Source: Candidatus Hydrogenedentota bacterium (GTDB taxonomy: Bacteria; Hydrogenedentota; Hydrogenedentia; Hydrogenedentales; SLHB01). Taken from it: 64,000 bases of DNA. The stretch lies in NCBI GenBank assembly GCA_963668025.2, contig CAXXTH010000011.1, forward strand, positions 128,001 through 192,000, written 5' to 3'. Positions 9,031 to 17,841 of this stretch are shown in pieces (position 1 is the first letter of the stretch; every line of letters starts with the position of its first letter). Position numbers and translations under genes: made by a program. The notes below the pieces were generated by a model, which was given only the letters and a program-made list of their open reading frames with translations, was not told where the DNA came from and ran no database searches.

Positions 9031-9696
9031 ATGCGCCGGAAACAGACTACCATCATCATGGGGCTAATGCTTGCAGTAGCGGTCGCGTTAAGCGGCTGCG
9101 AAACAACGGGCGGCTCAGTCGCTTCAGGGGCCGTTTTGGGCGGCCTTGCGGGAGCGGTTATAGGCAATCAATCGGGCCATGCGGGAGAAGGCGCGGCGAT
9201 CGGCGCGGTGCTGGGCGGCCTTGTCGGGTATGGCGTTCACAAGTATAAGGCCCGGCAGACCCAGACGGCCCAGGAAACGTACAAGGAATACAAATACGAG
9301 CCGGACCAAGGTTTCCAGCTTGATATGAAAGAAGGCAGCATTTCACCAAGCATCGTTAAGCCAGGCCAAACGGTTACGGCCACCATGAAATACGCCGCTT
9401 TGGGAACAGGCGCGGGAATGCCCATCGAAGAAGTCCGCACGTTAAAAAAAGACACCAATGCGACGGACCTGGATAAAGAGACCATCGTGCGCACGGATGG
9501 CACCTATGAGGGCAGGCTCGATTTCCAAGTGCCAGAGAAAAGCCCGGCGGGCGATTATAAGCTCACCCAGCGCATCACTTCGAGCGGCAAATCGGCCCAG
9601 GAAACACTGGCGTTCCAGGTGCAGCCGGTCACAGCCCAGCTCGAGGATGGCACGACGGAACTGCGGTACGAAATCTCGATGATCACCACGAAATAA
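9031..9696 (+). CDS. Glycine-zipper lipoprotein
   Basis: Lipobox LSGC; GAVLGGLAGAVIG...GAAIGAVLGGLVG; SD AGGAG before the ATG at 9031. Confidence 0.85.
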   Translation: MRRKQTTIIMGLMLAVAVALSGCETTGGSVASGAVLGGLAGAVIGNQSGHAGEGAAIGAVLGGLVGYGVHKYKARQTQTAQETYKEYKYEPDQGFQLDMKEGSISPSIVKPGQTVTATMKYAALGTGAGMPIEEVRTLKKDTNATDLDKETIVRTDGTYEGRLDFQVPEKSPAGDYKLTQRITSSGKSAQETLAFQVQPVTAQLEDGTTELRYEISMITTK

Positions 9697-9717
9697 CCAT
9701 TCGCATCCACAAGCATG

Positions 9718-9749
9718 AAGGCAAGGCCATCCGTAAAAGGCCTTGCCTT
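9718..9749. terminator. Hairpin between convergent genes, probable terminator
   Basis: AAGGCAAGGCC-N10-GGCCTTGCCTT. Confidence 0.6.
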
Positions 9750-10497
9750 ATGTTTTTCGCCCCCAAACCGTCGCGCATTCCCAGCACATAAGCGTATCAA
9801 GCTGGCCCTTGGCTTCGATATCCGCCTTCAACCGGGCAAGCCCCTCGGCATATTCATCGGGCGGCATAAGGTCATAGGTTGAGATAAAACGGTTTTCGAT
9901 ACGCTTGTAATATGCCATGTCGATAGACGCGGGCTCTCCCTTATCCCGCACCACGCCTGTTTCCTCGAATCCCAAGGCGCGCATGGCTTGGGTAATCGCT
10001 TCGATGGGCTGGAAGCGTGCAAGATCGATGCGTTCAAAACTGGGGAAATACTGGTTCATGGGATGGCGGCGGATGAAGTCGTGCGGCGAAGTGACAAAGG
10101 CGGCATATCCGCTCTTGAGCACCCGGTGGCATTCGGCTAGAAGCCCGTCCAGGTCCGTGATGTGATGCAGCACCAGCACGGCAAATACAAAATCAAAAGC
10201 GCCATCCTGAAACGGTACGGCCATGGCGTCGCCTTGCACCCAGTTTTTGGCCACACCCTTGTCTTTCGCGCGCTGGAGCATTCCGCTGGAGCGTTCGAGC
10301 CCCGCCAGCGTGCAAGGATGCCGCTCGATGAAGGGGCGAACGTTGTTACCCGTACCCGCGCCCAGTTCGAGGACGCGCCGGGCGCGGCATGTTCCGGCTA
10401 GACGCGCCAGGGTGTTGATATACGGCCCGCCGCCCTTCCGGTGCTGGTCATACCGGGAAGCCGCTTCATCGTAATCATAAGGCAAGATATTTCGCAT
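9748..10497 (-). CDS. Class I SAM-dependent methyltransferase
   Basis: VLELGAGTG, GDAMAVPFQDGAFD and RVLKSG motifs. Confidence 0.9.
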   Translation of the reverse strand: MRNILPYDYDEAASRYDQHRKGGGPYINTLARLAGTCRARRVLELGAGTGNNVRPFIERHPCTLAGLERSSGMLQRAKDKGVAKNWVQGDAMAVPFQDGAFDFVFAVLVLHHITDLDGLLAECHRVLKSGYAAFVTSPHDFIRRHPMNQYFPSFERIDLARFQPIEAITQAMRALGFEETGVVRDKGEPASIDMAYYKRIENRFISTYDLMPPDEYAEGLARLKADIEAKGQLDTLMCWECATVWGRKT

Positions 10498-10626
10498 ACC
10501 CTAAACGCTTTACGTCAATGATGCAAGGGCAAATCCACCCCGGGCAATCGCTTCAAAAATAGTCACAAAACCCACAAGAGATACAAAATGATCCTTGATC
10601 GTTAGATATAAGAGATGTGAGCTCCT

Positions 10627-10674
10627 GTAGCATGGGCGTCTCGCCCATGTGCATGGCCGGGACGGCCATGCTAC
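10627..10674. repeat. REPIN-like inverted REP doublet bounded by GTAG...CTAC
   Basis: GTAG-CATGGGCG-tct-CGCCCATG-tg-CATGGCCG-gga-CGGCCATG-CTAC. Confidence 0.8.
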
Positions 10675-10778
10675 GAGAAGCGGATATCTTCTTTTCTCTT
10701 TTGCATCTTCTGTCTCCTGCGCTTCTTGTGGCCAGTTCTTGGTGCTTTAGTGCGATAGGCCTGCGTATTCCCACGCCC

Positions 10779-10958
10779 TTATGTTTTTGCTGTCTTGTGG
10801 GGATTTGGAATGGACTTCTTGCATTGGGGGCAAGGCCGGGCCTTGTCGTCCCGCCAAAACTCAATCTCCGCACCGCATTCGGGACATGCCGACGAAAAAA
10901 TGTCTTCTGGATGAAAGTCTTTTCTTGAAGGCCCTGGACAACGGATGGCATTGCTCAT
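10779..10958 (-). CDS. Small zinc-ribbon protein (59 aa)
   Basis: SD GAGGAG; CPG...CPECGAEIEFWRDD...CPQCK with two CxxC pairs. Confidence 0.75.
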   Translation of the reverse strand: MSNAIRCPGPSRKDFHPEDIFSSACPECGAEIEFWRDDKARPCPQCKKSIPNPHKTAKT

Positions 10959-11163
10959 GGAAGGCTCCTCCTGTTGCTGGATTCGAAGCAGAGCGCCATG
11001 CTTTTTCTCATGAATATATATTCGCACAACGGCATTGTATGGAGCAATACGACCCTGATCGCTGGATACATGAGATGCGTGCATGCGTGTGTACACAAAT
11101 ATATCCACGCTCATTCATTCCACGGCTCCGTCATTATGCACTTTACCTACTTGGTGAAATTCT

Positions 11164-11190
11164 GTGGCATGGGCGTCTCGCCCATGCTAC
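11164..11190. repeat. Single REP, CATGGGCG family
   Basis: GTGG-CATGGGCG-tct-CGCCCATG-CTAC. Confidence 0.7.
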
Positions 11191-11374
11191 GAAAAGTGCG
11201 TCTCTCTTTTTTCTTGTCCAGCGATTCGGGATACGACACAGGACTTTCACTTCCCGATGGACAGGGCTTTTATGCTAGGATGGCGGGCGATTTGTTCTAT
11301 TCGGAACCGTACAGGGGTTGTACAATCTGTTTCGTGAATAGTTCTAGCGAATCACTGGGAAATCTGGAGCATAG

Positions 11375-12469
11375 ATGATGGGCCAAGGCATGAGTTTGCA
11401 GGCGATGATCCCGTATTTGTGCGGGCTCTTCGGAGGCTCATTCCTTTTTGTCTTGCTGGTGGAGCCCATGGCCATCGCCCTTGCGGAACGCTTCGGATTC
11501 ATAGACGCACCTGGGTGGCGGCGAGTTCATACGAACCAGGTGCCGCGCGCGGGAGGCATCGTTTTCTTCCCTTGCTTAGCATTGGGGCTTGCCGCAGCCG
11601 CAGGTCTATTTCCTGTTCTCTGGCACAGCCGGTATATCGGACTGCTCGGCGCTCTATTGTTGATTAGCCTATGTGGACTGTGGGACGACCGGAATGGGAT
11701 ACGGCCTCGGTATAAGTTTATCGCCCAGTTGGCCACGGGGCTAGTTCTCTTTTTCTCTGGGTACCGGGTGGGCGATTTCAGCATCCCCTTCACCGGCGGA
11801 GCGCCGTATGAATTGCCGGTGCTCGATTTTATCACCACCGTGCTGGGCGTTGCCGCCGTGATCAACGCGGTGAACATGCTGGATGGGCTCGATGGCTTGG
11901 CGGCTGGTTCCGTATTCATCATGTGCATATTCCTGTTTCTGAACAAGCTGACGGTCGGCGCGGCCGATGCGACTGGCGCGCTGGTAATCACGGCGGGGGC
12001 GGCTCTAGGTTTTTTGCGGTATAATTTCCATCCCGCACGGATATTCATGGGAGATACAGGCTCCATGTTTCTAGGGGCCTTGCTGGCGGCGGAGGTGCTC
12101 GATTCCGCGTCGCAGGGAGCGGCCATCACGACGATTATGCTGCCGCTGGTGATCCTGGGCATCCCGATTCTCGATATGGGCCGCACCATCCTGACCCGGT
12201 TCCGCGTATCGGGCAACATCTTCGCCGCGGATAAAAGCCACCTGCACCACCGCTTATTGGGCCTTGGATTAAGCCATCGGGAAACCGTGCTGTTCATTTA
12301 TGGTTTGAATGTGTATATGGGCATCATGGCTATCATTTACAAGCAGGTGGAGCCAGCCACTTATCGTGGCTTATTTCTCTTGGCGTTAGGCATATTCCTG
12401 TTTCTCGCTTCGGTGCTTATCGCCGCAGGCAGTAAAAACAATGGCAGTGGAAACGGAACGGAGCGTTAG
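11375..12469 (+). CDS. WecA/TagO-like undecaprenyl-phosphate HexNAc-1-P transferase (MraY/WecA family)
   Basis: VPRAGG, GLWDD, NAVNMLDGLDGLA, FMGDTGS and ADKSHLHHRL motifs. Confidence 0.93.
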   Translation: MMGQGMSLQAMIPYLCGLFGGSFLFVLLVEPMAIALAERFGFIDAPGWRRVHTNQVPRAGGIVFFPCLALGLAAAAGLFPVLWHSRYIGLLGALLLISLCGLWDDRNGIRPRYKFIAQLATGLVLFFSGYRVGDFSIPFTGGAPYELPVLDFITTVLGVAAVINAVNMLDGLDGLAAGSVFIMCIFLFLNKLTVGAADATGALVITAGAALGFLRYNFHPARIFMGDTGSMFLGALLAAEVLDSASQGAAITTIMLPLVILGIPILDMGRTILTRFRVSGNIFAADKSHLHHRLLGLGLSHRETVLFIYGLNVYMGIMAIIYKQVEPATYRGLFLLALGIFLFLASVLIAAGSKNNGSGNGTER

Positions 12470-12472
12470 CAC

Positions 12473-14743
12473 GTGGCCGTTTTGAAACAAAACAGAGCTG
12501 GCGGCAAGGCCGGGCGCATCCTGCGCATCTGTTTGGCCGTTTTGCTTGCCGTGGCTATCCTCGCCTTGTGCCCTGCCACACAAGACACTACCGGGCCCAT
12601 CAAGGCGTTCATCCTATGCACAGGCGCATGCGGGCTTGCACTGGCCTGGATGGGGCTTTCATGGTTGGGAAAACTGCCCGTTCGACGCCCCGGGATGTTC
12701 TTCTGGCCTTTCGTGGCATTGCTGGCTTGGGAACTGTTCACTGCATTACATGCCAGCCATGTGGGGCCTGCGTGGGTGGAAGTCCGGCGCATGGCCGTGC
12801 TGGCGCTGCTTTACTTTTTAACCGCCCAGCTCTTTCGCACCCCACGCCAGGCCCGGATGCTGCTGGCCATGTTATGCGCCGCCATGTCCATATCCACGCT
12901 GTACGCATTCGGGCAACGCCTGGGCATAGACCCCTTTTCCTGGGCGTATGCGGACCCCGCCATGCGCCATGACATGCCGGGAACGCTGGGGAATCCCAAC
13001 TACGCCGCCCATGCCCTCGGGCCATGCCTGTTGTTTGTGGCCTGGCTGGCCAGCCGCCAGGGCGCACGGTGGTGGGCCTTGCTGGCGATTCCGTTTGCCG
13101 CACATCTCTTTCTGACCGGACAACGCGGGGCGCTGGCGGCGCTGGCGGCCGCACTGGCATTACTGGCGGGCGTGGTTTGGGCGCGCTGGAGGAAATGGAC
13201 GCCAGAAACAGCGCCAGTGCGCGTCTTGGCGCTCACTATGATTTCGCTGCTGGCGTGTGCGAGCCTATGCATTGCCGTTCTATGGATGCGGGCGGGAAGC
13301 ATCCTGACGGTGGATGAAAGCCTGCTGGTCCGTCTGAACGGCTATTCCGGGGCCGTTCAAATGCTCAAGGAACACCCTGTATTCGGCGTTGGACCCGGCA
13401 ATTATGTGATCGCCAATCCCCCCTATTGGACTCCTCTGGAACAACGCCGTTTCGCTGAACTCCATACGATGAATGCGCATGTGCATTGCGAGCCTCTCGA
13501 GTTCGCCGTGGATGGGGGTGTTTTGGCTGGAGCGATATATTGCTTTCTATTGCTGCTGGGCATTACCAACGGCATCTCCATTGCCTGTGTGGAACAGCGC
13601 TCGTTTCGGCGCGGATTCGCGTTGTTGTGTGCCGCCTTTTTTTGCCTGTTCGCCGTGGATGGATGTTTCGGGTTCAACCTGCGCGTGCCGATATCCGCCG
13701 CTTTGTTTTTTGTTCTCGCTGGATTGTTTGATGGCGTATGTATGCGGCCTGCCAGTTTTATGCGGACCAAACGATTTCGGGTTGGACAGATAACTTGGCG
13801 CGCAGGGGCCGCATTGATTCTATCTTGGCTGGTTCTAGCCGATGCCCGTGTTTTTCTGGCCCATGTGCGCCATGCGCAAGGACTTCAAGCAAAAGCGCTC
13901 GGTTTTGAACAGGAAGCCCAAACGTCTTTCGCAAGAGCAGAGCATCTGGCTCCATGGCAATGGACGTATCCCGCGGAACAAGGCGCGCTCGGCCTCGCAA
14001 GCGGGCGATATGGCGAAGCAGCTTCCCATTTCGAACGGGCGCTCACCCAAAATCCTTCCTATCTCTTCGCCCTTACGAGCCTGGCGGAAGCGCAATTGAT
14101 GCAGGCCATTTCAGCCCAGCACATGCCCGAGCAAGACGCCGCCCGAACCCAATTGCTGGAACAAGCGCTGGAAAACGCCAATTGCGCTCAACGGTTATGT
14201 GCTCTAGTTCCGGAAACATTTGCACTAAAGGGCCGCATTCTAGCGGCGCTGGCGGATGAAAAAATACGTGAGGGAAAATCCCAAGAAGCCGCGCAAGTAT
14301 TCCAAGAAGCGGATGCATGCATTGAATCGGCCATAGCACAAGGCGCGCCTGGGATAGGGCGTTTGTATGGCCTGCTGATTCGGCTCCGCCTTCTGCAAGG
14401 CAGCCTGGAGCGTGCGGAAACAGCGGCGGCTGGAGGCACGCAAGCAAATCCGGAAAACGACGCCTTATGGGCATATCGCCTGGAAATAGCCCGCCGAACA
14501 GGACGATATGCGGGTGTCGAAGAAGCGCTCCACTACCGGCTTGCCGTTATGCCAGAAGATGTGCATGCCCGATTAGCTCTTGCCCGCTTACGCGCGCAAC
14601 AAGGGCAAACGGAGCAAGCCGTTATTGAATATGACGCGCTTGCCATTCTTCCGGGCGCATCCACGGAGTACAAGGCCACGGCGAAACGGGAGAGCGACGA
14701 ACTGAAAGATGGGTTAAGCCAGGAGGTGCGCCATGCCGAATAG
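12473..14743 (+). CDS. O-antigen ligase-family membrane protein with C-terminal TPRs
   Basis: GTLGNPN, HPVFGVGPGNY and HVHCEPLE motifs; many TMs followed by TPR-like helices. Confidence 0.85.
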   Translation: MAVLKQNRAGGKAGRILRICLAVLLAVAILALCPATQDTTGPIKAFILCTGACGLALAWMGLSWLGKLPVRRPGMFFWPFVALLAWELFTALHASHVGPAWVEVRRMAVLALLYFLTAQLFRTPRQARMLLAMLCAAMSISTLYAFGQRLGIDPFSWAYADPAMRHDMPGTLGNPNYAAHALGPCLLFVAWLASRQGARWWALLAIPFAAHLFLTGQRGALAALAAALALLAGVVWARWRKWTPETAPVRVLALTMISLLACASLCIAVLWMRAGSILTVDESLLVRLNGYSGAVQMLKEHPVFGVGPGNYVIANPPYWTPLEQRRFAELHTMNAHVHCEPLEFAVDGGVLAGAIYCFLLLLGITNGISIACVEQRSFRRGFALLCAAFFCLFAVDGCFGFNLRVPISAALFFVLAGLFDGVCMRPASFMRTKRFRVGQITWRAGAALILSWLVLADARVFLAHVRHAQGLQAKALGFEQEAQTSFARAEHLAPWQWTYPAEQGALGLASGRYGEAASHFERALTQNPSYLFALTSLAEAQLMQAISAQHMPEQDAARTQLLEQALENANCAQRLCALVPETFALKGRILAALADEKIREGKSQEAAQVFQEADACIESAIAQGAPGIGRLYGLLIRLRLLQGSLERAETAAAGGTQANPENDALWAYRLEIARRTGRYAGVEEALHYRLAVMPEDVHARLALARLRAQQGQTEQAVIEYDALAILPGASTEYKATAKRESDELKDGLSQEVRHAE

Positions 14744-16400
14744 GCGCGCCCAATTCGCACTGCCCATTGCCGTGGTTTTGTGGGCTGGCCTTCTGATTAG
14801 GCTGCTCATGCTGCTGTTTCCACAGGTATTTGAGCCCATCACGCTGGATTTTCCACATGATTACCGCGCCGCCGTTGAACAGGCGCGCGCGCGGGGCAAT
14901 GGGCGTGCGGCGGAGCATCTCGCGCGCGCCGCAGCGCGGAGCCTGGCGTATGCTCCTGACGCATATGCGCTTTGGGGACAGGTTTTGCTGGAAAACGGCA
15001 ATGTGGCGGATGCATGGGCCGCGTTCACGGAAGCGTGCCATCAAACAGCGGACCCGCTCGACTTCCACACGACCAACCGGCCCTATTACCACGGCATCGC
15101 CCGGCTCGAGATGGGCCGGATCGCCATGCGCCGGGGCGATATGCCGGAAGCGCTTGCGCAGTTTGAACTGGCCCGAAGCGGCGCGGCTCTTTCGTCGGCG
15201 GATTACGCCGGGTATCATGCTTCGCTATATGCCCTATATGCCGGATTTGGGCTATGGGATCGCGCTATCGAATATCGTACGCCGTATGCTGAAACGCTGC
15301 CCACGCTTTCAACCGCCAGCTTGCGCACATTGGGCATGGCCAGCGTAGCTACTCAAAACTGGGAGGAAACTCGTGTATCAGGATATGCCTTGCTCCGGCG
15401 CGCCGATGCGTATGCGGACGCCCTTTACTTGCTAGGCCGCGCCGATTTGGCCCAGCAGCGCCTCGAAAAAGCGCTTGTGCAACTGCATGCGGCATCAGAA
15501 ATAGGACATCCCGATGCGCCTTTCTTCGAGGGAATAGCGCTCGAAACACTGGGACGCGCCGCATACGCCGCTGAACGTTATCTTTTGACGGCTCCATCGA
15601 GCCTCCTGAGGCCTTTCGCAATAGCAAAAGCCGCTGAGAACAGGAAAGAGAACAATCCTGCACTAGGCGAAGAAATCACGCGCTGGCTCGAGCAGGCGCT
15701 GGCGGTGAACCTCGATGGACGGCCAGGCACGTTTCGTGATGACCAGGCCGCGCCGTCATCCATGGATCTTTCCCAAGTGCGCGCAGGCTGGTTTCCGGTC
15801 GTGGTCCGGTGGAATACGCCGAGGTCTCCCTATGCGCCAGTCCATTTGCATGCGGATGGTTCCATCACCTTCACCCGAAACGGATGCATCATCCAGTATC
15901 AGTGGGCGCGCAACCAGATCCCCTTGGCGGCGCTCCAATCGGAAGAACAATTCCCGCTAGTATTGCCAGGATTTATTGATCCGGATACGGCATGGGGCGC
16001 TCCCCTGCCAGAGGCTTCCGCGAAAATAGAGCCGGATGATGCGGGAGAGCAGCATCTTGTAATCGAGAGCAGCAATCCGGAACAGTTTCCTCGGAGAACC
16101 AGCGCGCCGATTGCAATCCAGCCGGGCGCTATGTACATCATGGCGGGGCGGCGTTATTCCCCCTCGGTGCAGAGTTGTCTAGGATGGGAATTTCTGGGAC
16201 GGGACTATTATCCGGTAACTGCCCAGCATTATGCCCTTGGCGCGGCGGATGATTGGACATGGACGGCATGCTACGCCACGCCGCAGTATGAATGGACGGC
16301 TATCCAATTGGTGGCGGGAGTGAAGAAATCGAAAGGGAAAGCGGAATTTGACCGCCTTGTGCTGATGCGTATCCAGCCGCCCGAGAGCGAACTCAAGTGA
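14733..16400 (+). CDS. Membrane-anchored TPR protein with C-terminal carbohydrate-binding-like beta domain
   Basis: N-terminal TM, TPR-like repeats, C-terminal IQPGAMY...GKAEFDRLVL jelly-roll-like pattern; overlaps upstream stop. Confidence 0.7.
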   Translation: MPNRRAQFALPIAVVLWAGLLIRLLMLLFPQVFEPITLDFPHDYRAAVEQARARGNGRAAEHLARAAARSLAYAPDAYALWGQVLLENGNVADAWAAFTEACHQTADPLDFHTTNRPYYHGIARLEMGRIAMRRGDMPEALAQFELARSGAALSSADYAGYHASLYALYAGFGLWDRAIEYRTPYAETLPTLSTASLRTLGMASVATQNWEETRVSGYALLRRADAYADALYLLGRADLAQQRLEKALVQLHAASEIGHPDAPFFEGIALETLGRAAYAAERYLLTAPSSLLRPFAIAKAAENRKENNPALGEEITRWLEQALAVNLDGRPGTFRDDQAAPSSMDLSQVRAGWFPVVVRWNTPRSPYAPVHLHADGSITFTRNGCIIQYQWARNQIPLAALQSEEQFPLVLPGFIDPDTAWGAPLPEASAKIEPDDAGEQHLVIESSNPEQFPRRTSAPIAIQPGAMYIMAGRRYSPSVQSCLGWEFLGRDYYPVTAQHYALGAADDWTWTACYATPQYEWTAIQLVAGVKKSKGKAEFDRLVLMRIQPPESELK

Positions 16401-16887
16401 TTTCGCGCAAATCGCAGAAAATATCCCGGTCTTCTTCCCGCTCAATAATGGAAAGCACCGTAGCGATATTTTTCGCCGCGAGCAGAGATTCGCAGGCGGA
16501 TTTGCTGCCTAACAAATGGGCAATCCCCGCAAGCGTGCGGACATGCCCTTGATAGTTATTACGCGGCAGCACCAAAAGAATAATAATCTTGGCGGGCAGG
16601 CCATCGAGAGAATCAAAGGGAATTCCTTTCGGAGCGATCCCCAAGACTCCGATAATGTCTTTTATGCGATCCGTCGCGCCGTGGGGAAGGGCAATCCCAT
16701 TTTCCATCCCAGTGCTCATGGACTGCTCGCGCTGCATCACCATATCCACGATGTGTTCGCGCATGGATAAGGGAATCTCGTGGGCCTCCACGAGGACATC
16801 CACGAGTTCTTCGATGGCCTCATGCTTGTCGATGGCTTCCATACGCAGCTTCACGACGCCTTGATGCAGTATTTCACCCAGCAGCAT
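16393..16887 (-). CDS. PTS EIIA (fructose/Ntr-like) domain protein
   Basis: QREQSMSTGMENGIALPHG (phospho-His motif) and FDSLDGLP. Confidence 0.9.
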   Translation of the reverse strand: MLLGEILHQGVVKLRMEAIDKHEAIEELVDVLVEAHEIPLSMREHIVDMVMQREQSMSTGMENGIALPHGATDRIKDIIGVLGIAPKGIPFDSLDGLPAKIIILLVLPRNNYQGHVRTLAGIAHLLGSKSACESLLAAKNIATVLSIIEREEDRDIFCDLREIT

Positions 16888-16906
16888 CGCCTATTCCTCG
16901 ATAGGT

Positions 16907-17545
16907 TCAATCATTCCGTTCGGCGGCCTTGCGCTTATACCGCTTCATGCGAAACACATCTTCCCGCTGGCGTTCCTCGATGACGCGGGAGATGGCCCGC
17001 ACATCTTCTCGAAGGCGCGGCAGGAGCTGTTCTTCGAGTGCATTAATACGGCGGCTTACTTTCTTAATCTCCTCGCCCAGCAAGCGCAGATTGGCTTCCG
17101 CCGGGGCGCATTCGATCAATTGTTCGAGCATGGATTCCGCGCTGCTCATGGATTCAAGAAGATGGGCGGAGGTGTTGAGTTCGCCCAGATTGCGTTCGCT
17201 GGGTTCGCGCAGCACGCCCTCTTGTTCCGCATCCACCATGCGCAGGCCCCACACCTTTTCCGTCGTAAGCAATACGCGCAATTCACGCTTGCCCGCCAAA
17301 GACGCCGAACGGACCGCAGGCGTGCTTTCCACCGCGCGCGCGAAGGTTAGGGCCGTTGAAGCGGTTCGCCCGCGCCGTTCCAACTCACGCCTTAGGGTGA
17401 GCAGTTCCCGTGCGCGCGCGAGCAATTCCTTGAGCAGCGCTTCCCGCTTGCCTTGCAATAATTGCGCGCCATCGGCGGCCAGCTTGATTTGCGAGCGCCG
17501 CGCGATCAAGTTCATGCGGGTGGGCGATGTGGTTTCCAGGCTCAT
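16907..17545 (-). CDS. atpD: V/A-type ATP synthase subunit D
   Basis: SPTRMNL, LLQGKREAL and KKVSRRINALEE motifs. Confidence 0.93.
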   Translation of the reverse strand: MSLETTSPTRMNLIARRSQIKLAADGAQLLQGKREALLKELLARARELLTLRRELERRGRTASTALTFARAVESTPAVRSASLAGKRELRVLLTTEKVWGLRMVDAEQEGVLREPSERNLGELNTSAHLLESMSSAESMLEQLIECAPAEANLRLLGEEIKKVSRRINALEEQLLPRLREDVRAISRVIEERQREDVFRMKRYKRKAAERND

Positions 17546-17814
17546 GCGCTTCTCCAGATTTCGTGGTGGTACAAGATCTTTTGCTCCACGGATGACACGG
17601 ATTTATAAAGATATAGTTTTGTCATTAACGCTCCATTCGCCTTTTAATACCATCTGTTGTATAAAACCCAATAATCTACCTCGGTGTCATCACAGCTTTC
17701 GCGTTGATGACAGATAGGTGGTTTTACGTTATTTCTACAGTACATACGCATGATACATTCTTCCAGGAGCAGTAATAGCAGAATTGCGCCTTTTATAAAC
17801 GTATCACCTTGAAT

Positions 17815-17836
17815 GGTGGGGCAAGCCCCACCCTAC
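17815..17836 (-). repeat. GTAG-type REP (GTAGGGTGGGGCTTGCCCCACC), copy 2
   Basis: Perfect hairpin; matches 2456-2477. Confidence 0.7.
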
Positions 17837-17841
17837 AAATT

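Noticed and set aside
10617-11378. Several plus-strand ORFs containing MGVSPM
   Set aside because: The shared peptide is just the translated REP hairpin; no SD or coding signature
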